Positions 1 through 5,470 of a stretch of 6,136 bases of DNA are shown here, one piece after another. Each line of letters opens with the position of its first letter. Position 1 is the first letter of the stretch. Origin of the DNA: a virus (lineage: Duplodnaviria > Heunggongvirae > Uroviricota > Caudoviricetes). Below the pieces are notes generated by a model that was given only the letters and a program-made list of their open reading frames with translations, did not search any database and was not told the origin of the DNA. Both the position numbers and the translations under genes were made by a program. The stretch lies in IMG/VR virus record IMGVR_UViG_3300029073_000029. One strand, given 5' to 3'.

Positions 1-22
1 CGAAGGTGAGTTGATGGCTCAT
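1..22 (-). CDS. 5' end of a minus-strand ORF (MSHQLTF...) that runs off the left edge; sits where P4 beta follows gop
   Basis: ATG at 22..20 (plus-strand cat), AGAGG about 6 nt upstream, frame open to position 1. It starts 41 nt after the TGA of the 63..1082 gene. Only 7 codons are visible, so identity is unknown. Confidence 0.3.
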
Positions 23-62
23 GATGTCCCTCTGGGATGCGCTCCGGATGAATATGATGATC

Positions 63-1082
63 TCATATCAGGAACTTGTTCGCACCTTCCCTAGCAGAAC
101 GGACATCGACTGGTGTAAGGAAGAATTTATTCTTCCATTTTTGATTTTTAAATCTTGAGGATAGCCTTGCTATTAAAGATGACTTTCCATTTCCTGAACC
201 GCCTATAAGTGATAGGACTCTACTTTGAGAGCTATTTCCTCTAACATTCTCAAGATAATCCCAAACTTCTTTCTGTATATATTCGCGACCAACAAAGTCT
301 TTCGGCTGACATGGCTTATAATCCATAAAATCGTCAGCAAGAATTATTTCACTGACAATTTCCCTTTCGTAATTTTCAGATAATTTTGAAGACGAAACAG
401 TTTGTTCCGGTTCAGATAATATATAAAAATCAGTTACTTCCAACCCTTCAAAAAGCCCTTGCTCCTTTATAATATCACTTATGCGACTGACACTTGGAAT
501 TTTACTATTTTTATTTATAGCGAACGGCACCACTCTTATAGGGCTACCATTTTCAACTTCTTGCAAAAGCCAAGTCATTTCTATTTCAGGATGAACTAAA
601 AGTGTTGCACTAGTATATTTTGCCGGAATGTCATCTGTTGGAATATCCTCAACCTTACCTGTTGCAAGTATAGATATAAGAATCTCTTTTTTATCAAAAA
701 AAGAATAATCTATACGCTCATCAAGTCTATAATCCTCAAGCGTTGACTGAGCATCTTTACCCAAATCAGAAATTGAAAAAAGTGCAATTTTTTTAACTCT
801 CAACCTAAATGCTTGAGAAAATGCCAAATCAACCACAGATGAATCAACTTTTTGCTGCATGAATTTACATTCTACATACAGCTTTTCATTTGATGGTGTA
901 TGAGTAGCCTGAATATCAATTTCCATGCCAGATTTTCTGACTTCCATACCATCAATTCTATACGATTGCCGGCGGAGTATATCAGCGCAAAAATTCTCGA
1001 AAAACTTCCCTCTCGAGGTATTGGAATAATTACTAGGTACACAAACTATCAAATCTTTATTCAGTGGTAACGGCCTGGCCAT
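63..1082 (-). CDS. AT-rich cargo protein, 339 aa: N-terminal Mrr-like PD-(D/E)xK nuclease motif plus C-terminal start of an AAA_16/STAND-type P-loop NTPase that appears truncated
   Basis: Complete ORF with AAGGAG about 8 nt upstream of the ATG at 1082. Seen: GKFFENFCADILRRQSY...GMEIDIQA...KLYVECKF (hD...ExK pattern typical of Mrr_cat restriction-endonuclease domains) and FVGREYIQ...RVLSLIGGSGNGKSSLIARL (Walker A, at about 203..180) followed by only about 38 residues before TGA at 65..63. Clearly AT-rich by eye compared with flanking DNA. Position corresponds to gop in P4 (inference). Confidence 0.8.
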   Translation of the reverse strand: MARPLPLNKDLIVCVPSNYSNTSRGKFFENFCADILRRQSYRIDGMEVRKSGMEIDIQATHTPSNEKLYVECKFMQQKVDSSVVDLAFSQAFRLRVKKIALFSISDLGKDAQSTLEDYRLDERIDYSFFDKKEILISILATGKVEDIPTDDIPAKYTSATLLVHPEIEMTWLLQEVENGSPIRVVPFAINKNSKIPSVSRISDIIKEQGLFEGLEVTDFYILSEPEQTVSSSKLSENYEREIVSEIILADDFMDYKPCQPKDFVGREYIQKEVWDYLENVRGNSSQSRVLSLIGGSGNGKSSLIARLSSRFKNQKWKNKFFLTPVDVRSAREGANKFLI

Positions 1083-1097
1083 TTATACACTCCTTAT

Positions 1098-1127
1098 CTC
1101 ATATCCTTTTGACAAGTAAGATATCAA
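1098..1127 (-). promoter_or_regulatory. Candidate sigma70 promoter for the cargo gene
   Basis: On the minus strand, TTGATA (plus 1127..1122), an 18-nt spacer, then TATGAG (plus 1103..1098), just upstream of the AAGGAG RBS. Motif match only. Confidence 0.25.
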
Positions 1128-1202
1128 CCTCGAGTTTCAGAAACCAGTATCTTGCGCATATTTACGACATCAAAACTTTTGGTTATGCACCCACAGCGCG
1201 CA

Positions 1203-1221
1203 GTGCTTTCCCCGCCTCGCC
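1203..1221. other. cos: cos site: 19-nt P2/P4-type cohesive-end sequence
   Basis: Plus strand gtgctttccccgcctcgcc is the reverse complement of GGCGAGGCGGGGAAAGCAC, which I recall as the P2/P4 cohesive end. The following bases on the minus strand (TGCGCGCTG) also match my recollection of the P2 left end. It lies right after psu, as in P4. Confidence 0.7.
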
Positions 1222-1323
1222 CGCCCGCTTTGCGGGGCGGTTTTAATGCAGTTGCACTGACACGCTCAGACCGCGCCGGGAATGGTGCGGTCTGCAGAAA
1301 ATGAGGCAGGAAAACGCATGCAA

Positions 1324-1355
1324 AGCCATGCACCTTATCGATGCATGGCTTTTTT
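1324..1355. terminator. Perfect 9-bp hairpin with T-tract between psu and cos; possibly bidirectional
   Basis: AGCCATGCA (1324..1332), 9-nt loop, TGCATGGCT (1342..1350), then TTTTT (1351..1355) on the plus strand. On the minus strand the stem is preceded by A-run and followed by UUGCAUGCGUUUU, a weaker U-tract. Confidence 0.5.
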
Positions 1356-1385
1356 CAGTAAAAACGGGAGGATTTTCGGGGAATT

Positions 1386-1958
1386 TTACACAGACTGACG
1401 TGATGCCAGTTGCGCACTTTTACGCGAAAAAATCATGTTCTGCGCAGGGGTGAATTTTTCACGGCTGTCATCCACCGAAGCCGCGTCAGGCCTGAATCCG
1501 ATGGTCGTTAAAATGTCACTATCCTGTGCGGAATAATTAATTTTTTCCCCCTTCGCAAGCCAGGACAGAAGGGCTTCACGCAGGGCATCTGTGGCACGCT
1601 GTATGGCACAGTTTCGGGCAATGGCCGTCAGCTCACTGTAGCCCATCAGCTCCGGTGCCAGTGCCGCCGCCAGTGCTGTGCCGTGCTGCTGCATAAAATC
1701 ATTCAGCCGGTCGCGGATGCTGATGTGCTGAACGGCTTCATGCGAACGAATATAACGACCGGCGGCCTGATTCACCTGCCATTTTCTGACTTCGATAATA
1801 TTGCGTAATTCGTCCAGGCGACTGACGTTTCTGCCTTCTCCTGACTGAATCCGCAGATATTCCTGTTCGGCCGCAGCCAGCTCATTTTTGCGTTGCAGCC
1901 ATGCTGCTTTGTTATTCTGACAGGTGTCAAAGGCCTGCTGTAAGGCTGTGCTTTCCAT
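1386..1958 (-). CDS. psu: Psu-like protein (polarity suppression / capsid decoration), 190 aa
   Basis: Complete ORF of exactly 190 aa, the length I recall for P4 Psu. Third gene of a sid-delta-psu string, immediately upstream of cos as in P4. No distinctive motif was checked, so the call rests on size and synteny. Confidence 0.7.
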   Translation of the reverse strand: MESTALQQAFDTCQNNKAAWLQRKNELAAAEQEYLRIQSGEGRNVSRLDELRNIIEVRKWQVNQAAGRYIRSHEAVQHISIRDRLNDFMQQHGTALAAALAPELMGYSELTAIARNCAIQRATDALREALLSWLAKGEKINYSAQDSDILTTIGFRPDAASVDDSREKFTPAQNMIFSRKSAQLASRQSV

Positions 1959-2031
1959 CGTTATCTCTTTCTCATCATGCTGAAGAATAAAAATACGGTG
2001 TGCGGCGACGGCCGGTGTTAACCGGCAGCCC

Positions 2032-2532
2032 TCATTCCAGACGCAGCGAATATGATTGTGTTTTTAACCGTACTGGCGGCAGTTCCTGTTTTTCATGCAG
2101 GCTTTCTGCAAGCTCGTCCGGCGTGACCGGGCGGACAATGAAGCGGTTGATGGTCTGAAGCGTTTTAAACACCAGACCACAGCCCGGATCCGTGCACACA
2201 TAAAAACGCTCGGTGACTTCCTGAGACAGACGCCGCGATGTTCTTGACAGCGCAAGGCCTTTACATCTCCGACAACAATATCCGGTAACAAGCATTCTTT
2301 TCGGGCGCTTCATGCTGCCGGAGGCTGACGTCAGTGAATCGCGGTATCTCTGTTTGCCTGAAATGTATTCCATTCCTGAATCTTTACAGTCAGAGAAAAA
2401 GCTTTCACTCGCTTCAAATGTCGCAGAGCAATAAATATTCCGGCACTGTGCAATCATTATCTTGGTGCCATCGTCCATGAAATGTGCGCGACGGGTGTGA
2501 GCAACATGTCCACACGACGGGCAGTAAATCAT
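2032..2532 (-). CDS. delta: Delta late-gene transcriptional activator, 166 aa, with two Ogr-type zinc fingers
   Basis: Two copies of the C-X2-C-X22-C-X4-C finger characteristic of the Ogr/Delta family: CPSC...(22)...CRNIYC and CRRC...(22)...CTDPGC. Start ATG overlaps the sid stop as ATGA (plus strand 2529..2532 tcat). Length matches the 166 aa I recall for P4 Delta. Confidence 0.9.
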   Translation of the reverse strand: MIYCPSCGHVAHTRRAHFMDDGTKIMIAQCRNIYCSATFEASESFFSDCKDSGMEYISGKQRYRDSLTSASGSMKRPKRMLVTGYCCRRCKGLALSRTSRRLSQEVTERFYVCTDPGCGLVFKTLQTINRFIVRPVTPDELAESLHEKQELPPVRLKTQSYSLRLE

Positions 2533-3263
2533 GACAGCAGTCCTCTGGCCTTAAGCTTTGCTCCCTGCTGGTCTATTTTGTCCTGCCACACCTTGCGCTG
2601 TGCCGGTGTGCCTGCCACCTCATAATCCATGTGCGGGAGTGTTGCCGCTGACAGTCCGGTCAGCCGGAGAACCGGCTCGCCGGTGAGGCTGATTTGCATC
2701 TGTTTTATTTTCTGTTCCAGCGATGATTTCACCTGCTGCATGACAGCCTTTTCCGGTGCGACGTAGCCCTGATGGCCGGTGGTGTTGGCGAGCGGATTTT
2801 CCTGTACCAGGATGCTCAGATGCATTGCCCGGACAAGCGCCTCACAGGTTTCATTCAGGGCGTGTTCCAGCTCATGCTCTGCATACAGACTCAGCAGGTG
2901 ATGATGTGCCTTCCGGTAGGCGGTGGCCGTGCTGTCACACGCCCCTTTCAGGCGTTCGCGTTCAAAATTCAGCACCACGGCCAGATTGTCATATTCCTGT
3001 ACCAGCTCCCGGCGTGCCACGCGCTCAATGTGGCGCTGTTTCAGCTCGTCGCTCAGGACACCACCGGCTGCACGAAAGGCCGTGCGCCAGTCGTCAGCGT
3101 CGTTTCCGTCGGCCTGCGCCAGCGCATTTTTTTCCTGCTCTGCCCGTTCAATGGCCGTGACGGTCTCATCCATCAGGCGGGCGTTCTCAAGATGGGCGGC
3201 TCTGGCCTTTTCCAGTTGTGCCAGTGCGGGTTTCAGATATTCAGGGATAGTGTGGTCAGACAT
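2529..3263 (-). CDS. sid: Sid-like external scaffold / capsid size determination protein, 244 aa
   Basis: The ORF-track start at 3281 is a GTG. The ATG at 3263 has AGGAG about 7 nt upstream and gives 244 aa, the length I recall for P4 Sid. Helix-prone composition. First gene of the sid-delta-psu order, downstream of TGT-N12-ACA sites. Confidence 0.8.
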   Translation of the reverse strand: MSDHTIPEYLKPALAQLEKARAAHLENARLMDETVTAIERAEQEKNALAQADGNDADDWRTAFRAAGGVLSDELKQRHIERVARRELVQEYDNLAVVLNFERERLKGACDSTATAYRKAHHHLLSLYAEHELEHALNETCEALVRAMHLSILVQENPLANTTGHQGYVAPEKAVMQQVKSSLEQKIKQMQISLTGEPVLRLTGLSAATLPHMDYEVAGTPAQRKVWQDKIDQQGAKLKARGLLS

Positions 3264-3297
3264 TTTCCGGCTCCTCGTCACTTCAGGTTAAGAAAAT

Positions 3298-3353
3298 TGT
3301 GACGTACACCGGACAGCAACACGACGCATTGCAGATGTGCCAGCCCTGACACA
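3298..3353 (-). promoter_or_regulatory. Psid-like late promoter with two TGT-N12-ACA activator sites
   Basis: TGT(3298..3300)-N12-ACA(3313..3315) and TGT(3336..3338)-N12-ACA(3351..3353). The distal site is centred about 55 bp and the proximal about 17 bp upstream of a transcription start assumed near 3290. Ogr/Delta-activated P2/P4 late promoters have this element centred near -55. Confidence 0.5.
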
Positions 3354-3408
3354 GGAGACTCATCCTCACACCGGCAAGCCAGGAAAAGGTCGCAGGAAAA
3401 ACCGGCTT

Positions 3409-3577
3409 ACTGTTTGTTTTTTTATATTTTACTGTTCACCTCTGTTCACCTTAATAAAAAAGATAAGTAATACAGTAAGTTAAAGGATGAACAATCGCAG
3501 TAATGACTGTTCACCGTCTGTTCACCACTGTTCACCCGCTCATGGACTTTTTGTGCTGTTTACTACTGTTTGTTTTT
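3409..3577. other. ori: Putative replication origin with alpha-type iterons
   Basis: Five perfect direct TGTTCACC octamers at 3433..3440, 3443..3450, 3508..3515, 3519..3526 and 3529..3536, spaced about 10-11 bp, separated by an AT-rich spacer and bracketed by a 13-bp direct repeat ACTGTTTGTTTTT (3409..3421 and 3565..3577). I recall TGTTCACC as the type I iteron bound by P4 alpha at ori and crr. Confidence 0.6.
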
Positions 3578-3640
3578 ATTAATTCGCCGGGAATGAATAA
3601 GAAGAAACGATTTGTATTTCACTATAAAAATTACAAATTG

Positions 3641-3670
3641 CTTTAAGTGGCTTTAAATGACTTTAAGTGG
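3641..3670. repeat. Three tandem 10-bp repeats CTTTAA(G/A)TG(G/A)
   Basis: ctttaagtgg / ctttaaatga / ctttaagtgg, head to tail with helical-turn periodicity, about 150 bp upstream of vis. Function not determined; candidate regulator-binding array. Confidence 0.6.
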
Positions 3671-3695
3671 AAATGAACAAAAAACACACAACCAT

Positions 3696-3713
3696 TGTAA
3701 GGCTGCCGGAACA
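3696..3713 (+). promoter_or_regulatory. Candidate activator site of a PLL-like late promoter driving vis
   Basis: TGT(3696..3698)-N12-ACA(3711..3713), centred about 110 bp upstream of the vis ATG, which would place a transcription start near 3755..3760. Confidence 0.4.
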
Positions 3714-3815
3714 AATCCCCCCTGTTGCGTCTGCTGAAAATATTCACAAAATAAAGCGCTACCCGAAGCCGGACGGACTTATCCGGTGCTGTATGGACAT
3801 TAACGAGGTAGCCCG

Positions 3816-4082
3816 ATGCAAGCTGTTTTTTCTTCCCCGTCTCCCGCCCCTGTGACGCCACTGATGCCGCTGCCGGACATCACACAGGAGCGTTTTTTAC
3901 GTCTTCCGGAAGTGATGCACCTGTGCGGCCTGTCACGCTCGACCATCTATGAACTCATCCGTAAGGGGGAATTTCCGCCGCAGGTGAGTCTTGGCGGTAA
4001 AAATGTGGCCTGGCTGCACTCTGAAGTCACCGCATGGATGGCCGGCCGCATTGCCGGACGCAAACGGGGGTACGACGCATGA
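3816..4082 (+). CDS. vis: AlpA/Vis-family DNA-binding regulator (excisionase-like helix-turn-helix), 88 aa
   Basis: [51 protein letters not shown] matches the AlpA-family pattern (LP.V....G.SRST.Y.....G.FP....LG.....W...EV..W). GAGG lies 7 nt upstream of the ATG at 3816. An alternative in-frame ATG at 3864 would give 72 aa. Confidence 0.85.
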   Translation: MQAVFSSPSPAPVTPLMPLPDITQERFLRLPEVMHLCGLSRSTIYELIRKGEFPPQVSLGGKNVAWLHSEVTAWMAGRIAGRKRGYDA

Positions 4083-4117
4083 TGATGCCTGTTCTGCAAA
4101 AAGTCCCTTTTTCTGGC

Positions 4118-4147
4118 TTGCCTTTTTCCGGCATTTGCGGATATAGT
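4118..4147 (+). promoter_or_regulatory. Candidate sigma70 promoter (PLE-like) upstream of the immunity-like leader
   Basis: TTGCCT (4118..4123), 18-nt spacer, TATAGT (4142..4147). Motif match only. Confidence 0.35.
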
Positions 4148-4154
4148 TTTTCCG

Positions 4155-4471
4155 CTGCCGCAAAATCGGCAGCCGGGCGTGAGAACCCGTGTAACTCGAA
4201 GGCGACATATGACGCGCCATGCGTCTTTTTTTGTGTCGCAATCAACGCCACAGAGCGCCAGATTATGGTGTGGCGTGTGGTTTGCCGTGCAGGTATGATC
4301 CTGTTCGCAATCGCATGTTATGCCACTGAGTCAATGGTAGCTCAGGCGGGGCAGCCTCCGGGCTGGCCGGTATTCTTCGAGGCCGGTATTCTCACCCCCG
4401 TCTGGGCTATCGCCATCGAGCGTGAGAACTCCGGCGATAGCAGTTATTTGCTACTCGAAGGAGGCTGCCTT
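4155..4471 (+). ncRNA. Untranslated leader with repeated boxes and complementary segments; candidate cI-type immunity RNA region
   Basis: GCGTGAGAAC occurs twice (4177..4186, 4420..4429), each followed by ACTCGAAGG (4194..4202, 4453..4461; the second abuts the RBS of the 65-aa ORF). Between them, CTTCGAGG (4375..4382) and TTCTCAC (4389..4395) are complementary to those boxes, within a 12-nt direct repeat GGCCGGTATTCT (4365..4376, 4381..4392). No convincing ORF with RBS. Boundaries are approximate. Confidence 0.35.
4211..4232 (+). terminator. Short GC hairpin followed by T7; candidate intrinsic terminator within the leader
   Basis: GACGC (4211..4215), 5-nt loop, GCGTC (4221..4225), then TTTTTTT (4226..4232). 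Confidence 0.4.
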
Positions 4472-4669
4472 ATGGCTACAACCCTTACCCCCTCACACCC
4501 TGAATTTGTCTTTGTGTTTGCGGCTGTCCGTCGCGCAGACCGTCATCCCCGTATCTGCATGCTTCGCACCGTCGCCGGTGATGAACGCAGCGCCCGCCGT
4601 TCCCTTGTCCGTGACTATGTGCTCTCCCTTGCTGCCCGTCTGCCGGTGGTGGAGGTGTCCCGTGCGTAA
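4472..4669 (+). CDS. Small protein, 65 aa, first ORF after the leader (position comparable to P4 kil)
   Basis: GAAGGAGG ends about 7 nt before the ATG at 4472. It is the 3' part of the 211-aa track ORF, whose upstream portion lacks an RBS and overlaps vis and the leader. Confidence 0.55.
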   Translation: MATTLTPSHPEFVFVFAAVRRADRHPRICMLRTVAGDERSARRSLVRDYVLSLAARLPVVEVSRA

Positions 4670-4949
4670 TAAAAAAGCCCCTCAGACCGTCTCAGCACGT
4701 CATGACGCCCGTGAACACCTCAGCATTGAGGCTTACCATAAGCTCAACCGCGCCAGCGCCGTATCCCAGTTTGTTGGGGGTGATTTGATTCACCGTGAAC
4801 TCTCCGGCCTGCATCAGCTCTACATTCCGCATATTTTCAGCTACCTGAATGAAGATATTGATTTTGTGCTGAATGAGCTGAAAGCCAAAGGCCTGTGCCG
4901 CGATTTTCTCGCCCAGCAGAAAGACCGGGGAGACAGGACGCATGTTTGA
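4662..4949 (+). CDS. Small protein, 95 aa, GTG start (size compatible with P4 epsilon, not verified)
   Basis: GGAGG (4651..4655) sits 6 nt upstream of the GTG at 4662. It overlaps the stop of the 65-aa ORF by 8 nt and its own TGA (4947..4949) overlaps the next ATG. Confidence 0.6.
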   Translation: MRNKKAPQTVSARHDAREHLSIEAYHKLNRASAVSQFVGGDLIHRELSGLHQLYIPHIFSYLNEDIDFVLNELKAKGLCRDFLAQQKDRGDRTHV

Positions 4950-5397
4950 TTTTCCCCAGCCCGGTGAGATTTACCGTTCTGCCGGTTTTCCCGATGTGGC
5001 CGTGGTCGGCATTCTGGAAGACGGTATTCCGTGGGAAATGCCGTACCGCTGCCCGGACATTGTCTGGAACCCGTACCGCCGTAAATTCAGTATCCTTGTG
5101 CGTATCCTCGATGACGGGCGCACCACAGACATCCCGCTGGGGCGTTTTCTGCGGGAATTTACCTGTGACCGTCCTGACCTGTTTAAACGCAGCCCCGTAA
5201 ACCGGCATGCGGTACTGAAAGAAATGGCCGGAGACCCGGAATTACAGAAATGGCGGGAGAAATATCTGGATATTTACCCGCAGGACACTGTTCCGGCCAG
5301 CCGGGCGGCACCGGTGGCGCGGGAATGGCGGGAAATTCCCCGCACGGAGCCTGACCCGGAAATCACCCCGGATAACAGTTACCGCAATTATCTGTAA
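4942..5397 (+). CDS. Hypothetical protein, 151 aa (same length as P4 orf151)
   Basis: Complete ORF, start overlaps the upstream stop (translational coupling), purine-rich stretch upstream. Length and position within the left operon match my recollection of P4 orf151. Confidence 0.75.
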   Translation: MFDFPQPGEIYRSAGFPDVAVVGILEDGIPWEMPYRCPDIVWNPYRRKFSILVRILDDGRTTDIPLGRFLREFTCDRPDLFKRSPVNRHAVLKEMAGDPELQKWREKYLDIYPQDTVPASRAAPVAREWREIPRTEPDPEITPDNSYRNYL

Positions 5398-5470
5398 TTA
5401 AAAAACGATACCCGAAAAATTAAATGTGCGTATTCGCGCAGGGATACGCACGTCTTCAGGAGACGCAGAT

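Noticed and set aside
1221-1244. GC-rich 6-bp stem (1221..1226 / 1235..1240) followed by TTTT, resembling a terminator
   Set aside because: It overlaps the cos 19-mer, and the stem is short and interrupted, so it is more likely packaging-site sequence than a terminator.
1064-1333. Track ORFs 1064..1246 (+, 60 aa) and 1124..1333 (-, 69 aa)
   Set aside because: They span the cos site, the cargo-gene promoter region and the hairpins, have no RBS, and their GC-rich repetitive translations are typical of chance frames.
2064-2291. Track ORF 2064..2291 (-, 75 aa) nested inside delta in another frame
   Set aside because: Fully contained in the delta gene, whose zinc-finger frame is clearly the real one.
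2756-3302. Three plus-strand ORFs (134, 176, 122 aa) antisense to sid
   Set aside because: Low-complexity Arg/Ala/Ser/Pro-rich translations typical of the antisense strand of a GC-rich gene, with no RBS. The sid frame explains the region.
3433-3536. TGTTCACC repeat cluster as a possible CRISPR array
   Set aside because: The repeats are 8 bp with spacing of about 10 bp and irregular cluster structure, far shorter than CRISPR repeats and spacers. This fits iterons, not CRISPR.
3643-3861. Track ORFs 3643..3861 (-, 72 aa) and 3667..3855 (+, 62 aa) in the promoter region
   Set aside because: They lie across the tandem repeats, activator site and vis RBS, and have no Shine-Dalgarno sequence.
3933-4251. 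Minus-strand ORFs 3933..4241 and 4027..4251 antisense to vis and the leader
   Set aside because: They overlap the well-supported vis gene and the putative promoter, with no RBS. Likely chance frames.
4034-4669. 211-aa plus-strand ORF and the 175-aa ORF from 4422
   Set aside because: Their 5' parts overlap vis or the untranslated leader without an RBS. Only the RBS-associated 3' portions (65 aa from 4472, 95 aa from GTG 4662) were called.
4692-5208. ORFs 4692..4943 (-), 4837..5208 (-) and 4895..5200 (+)
   Set aside because: They overlap the coupled 95-aa and 151-aa genes in antisense or alternative frames, with no independent support.
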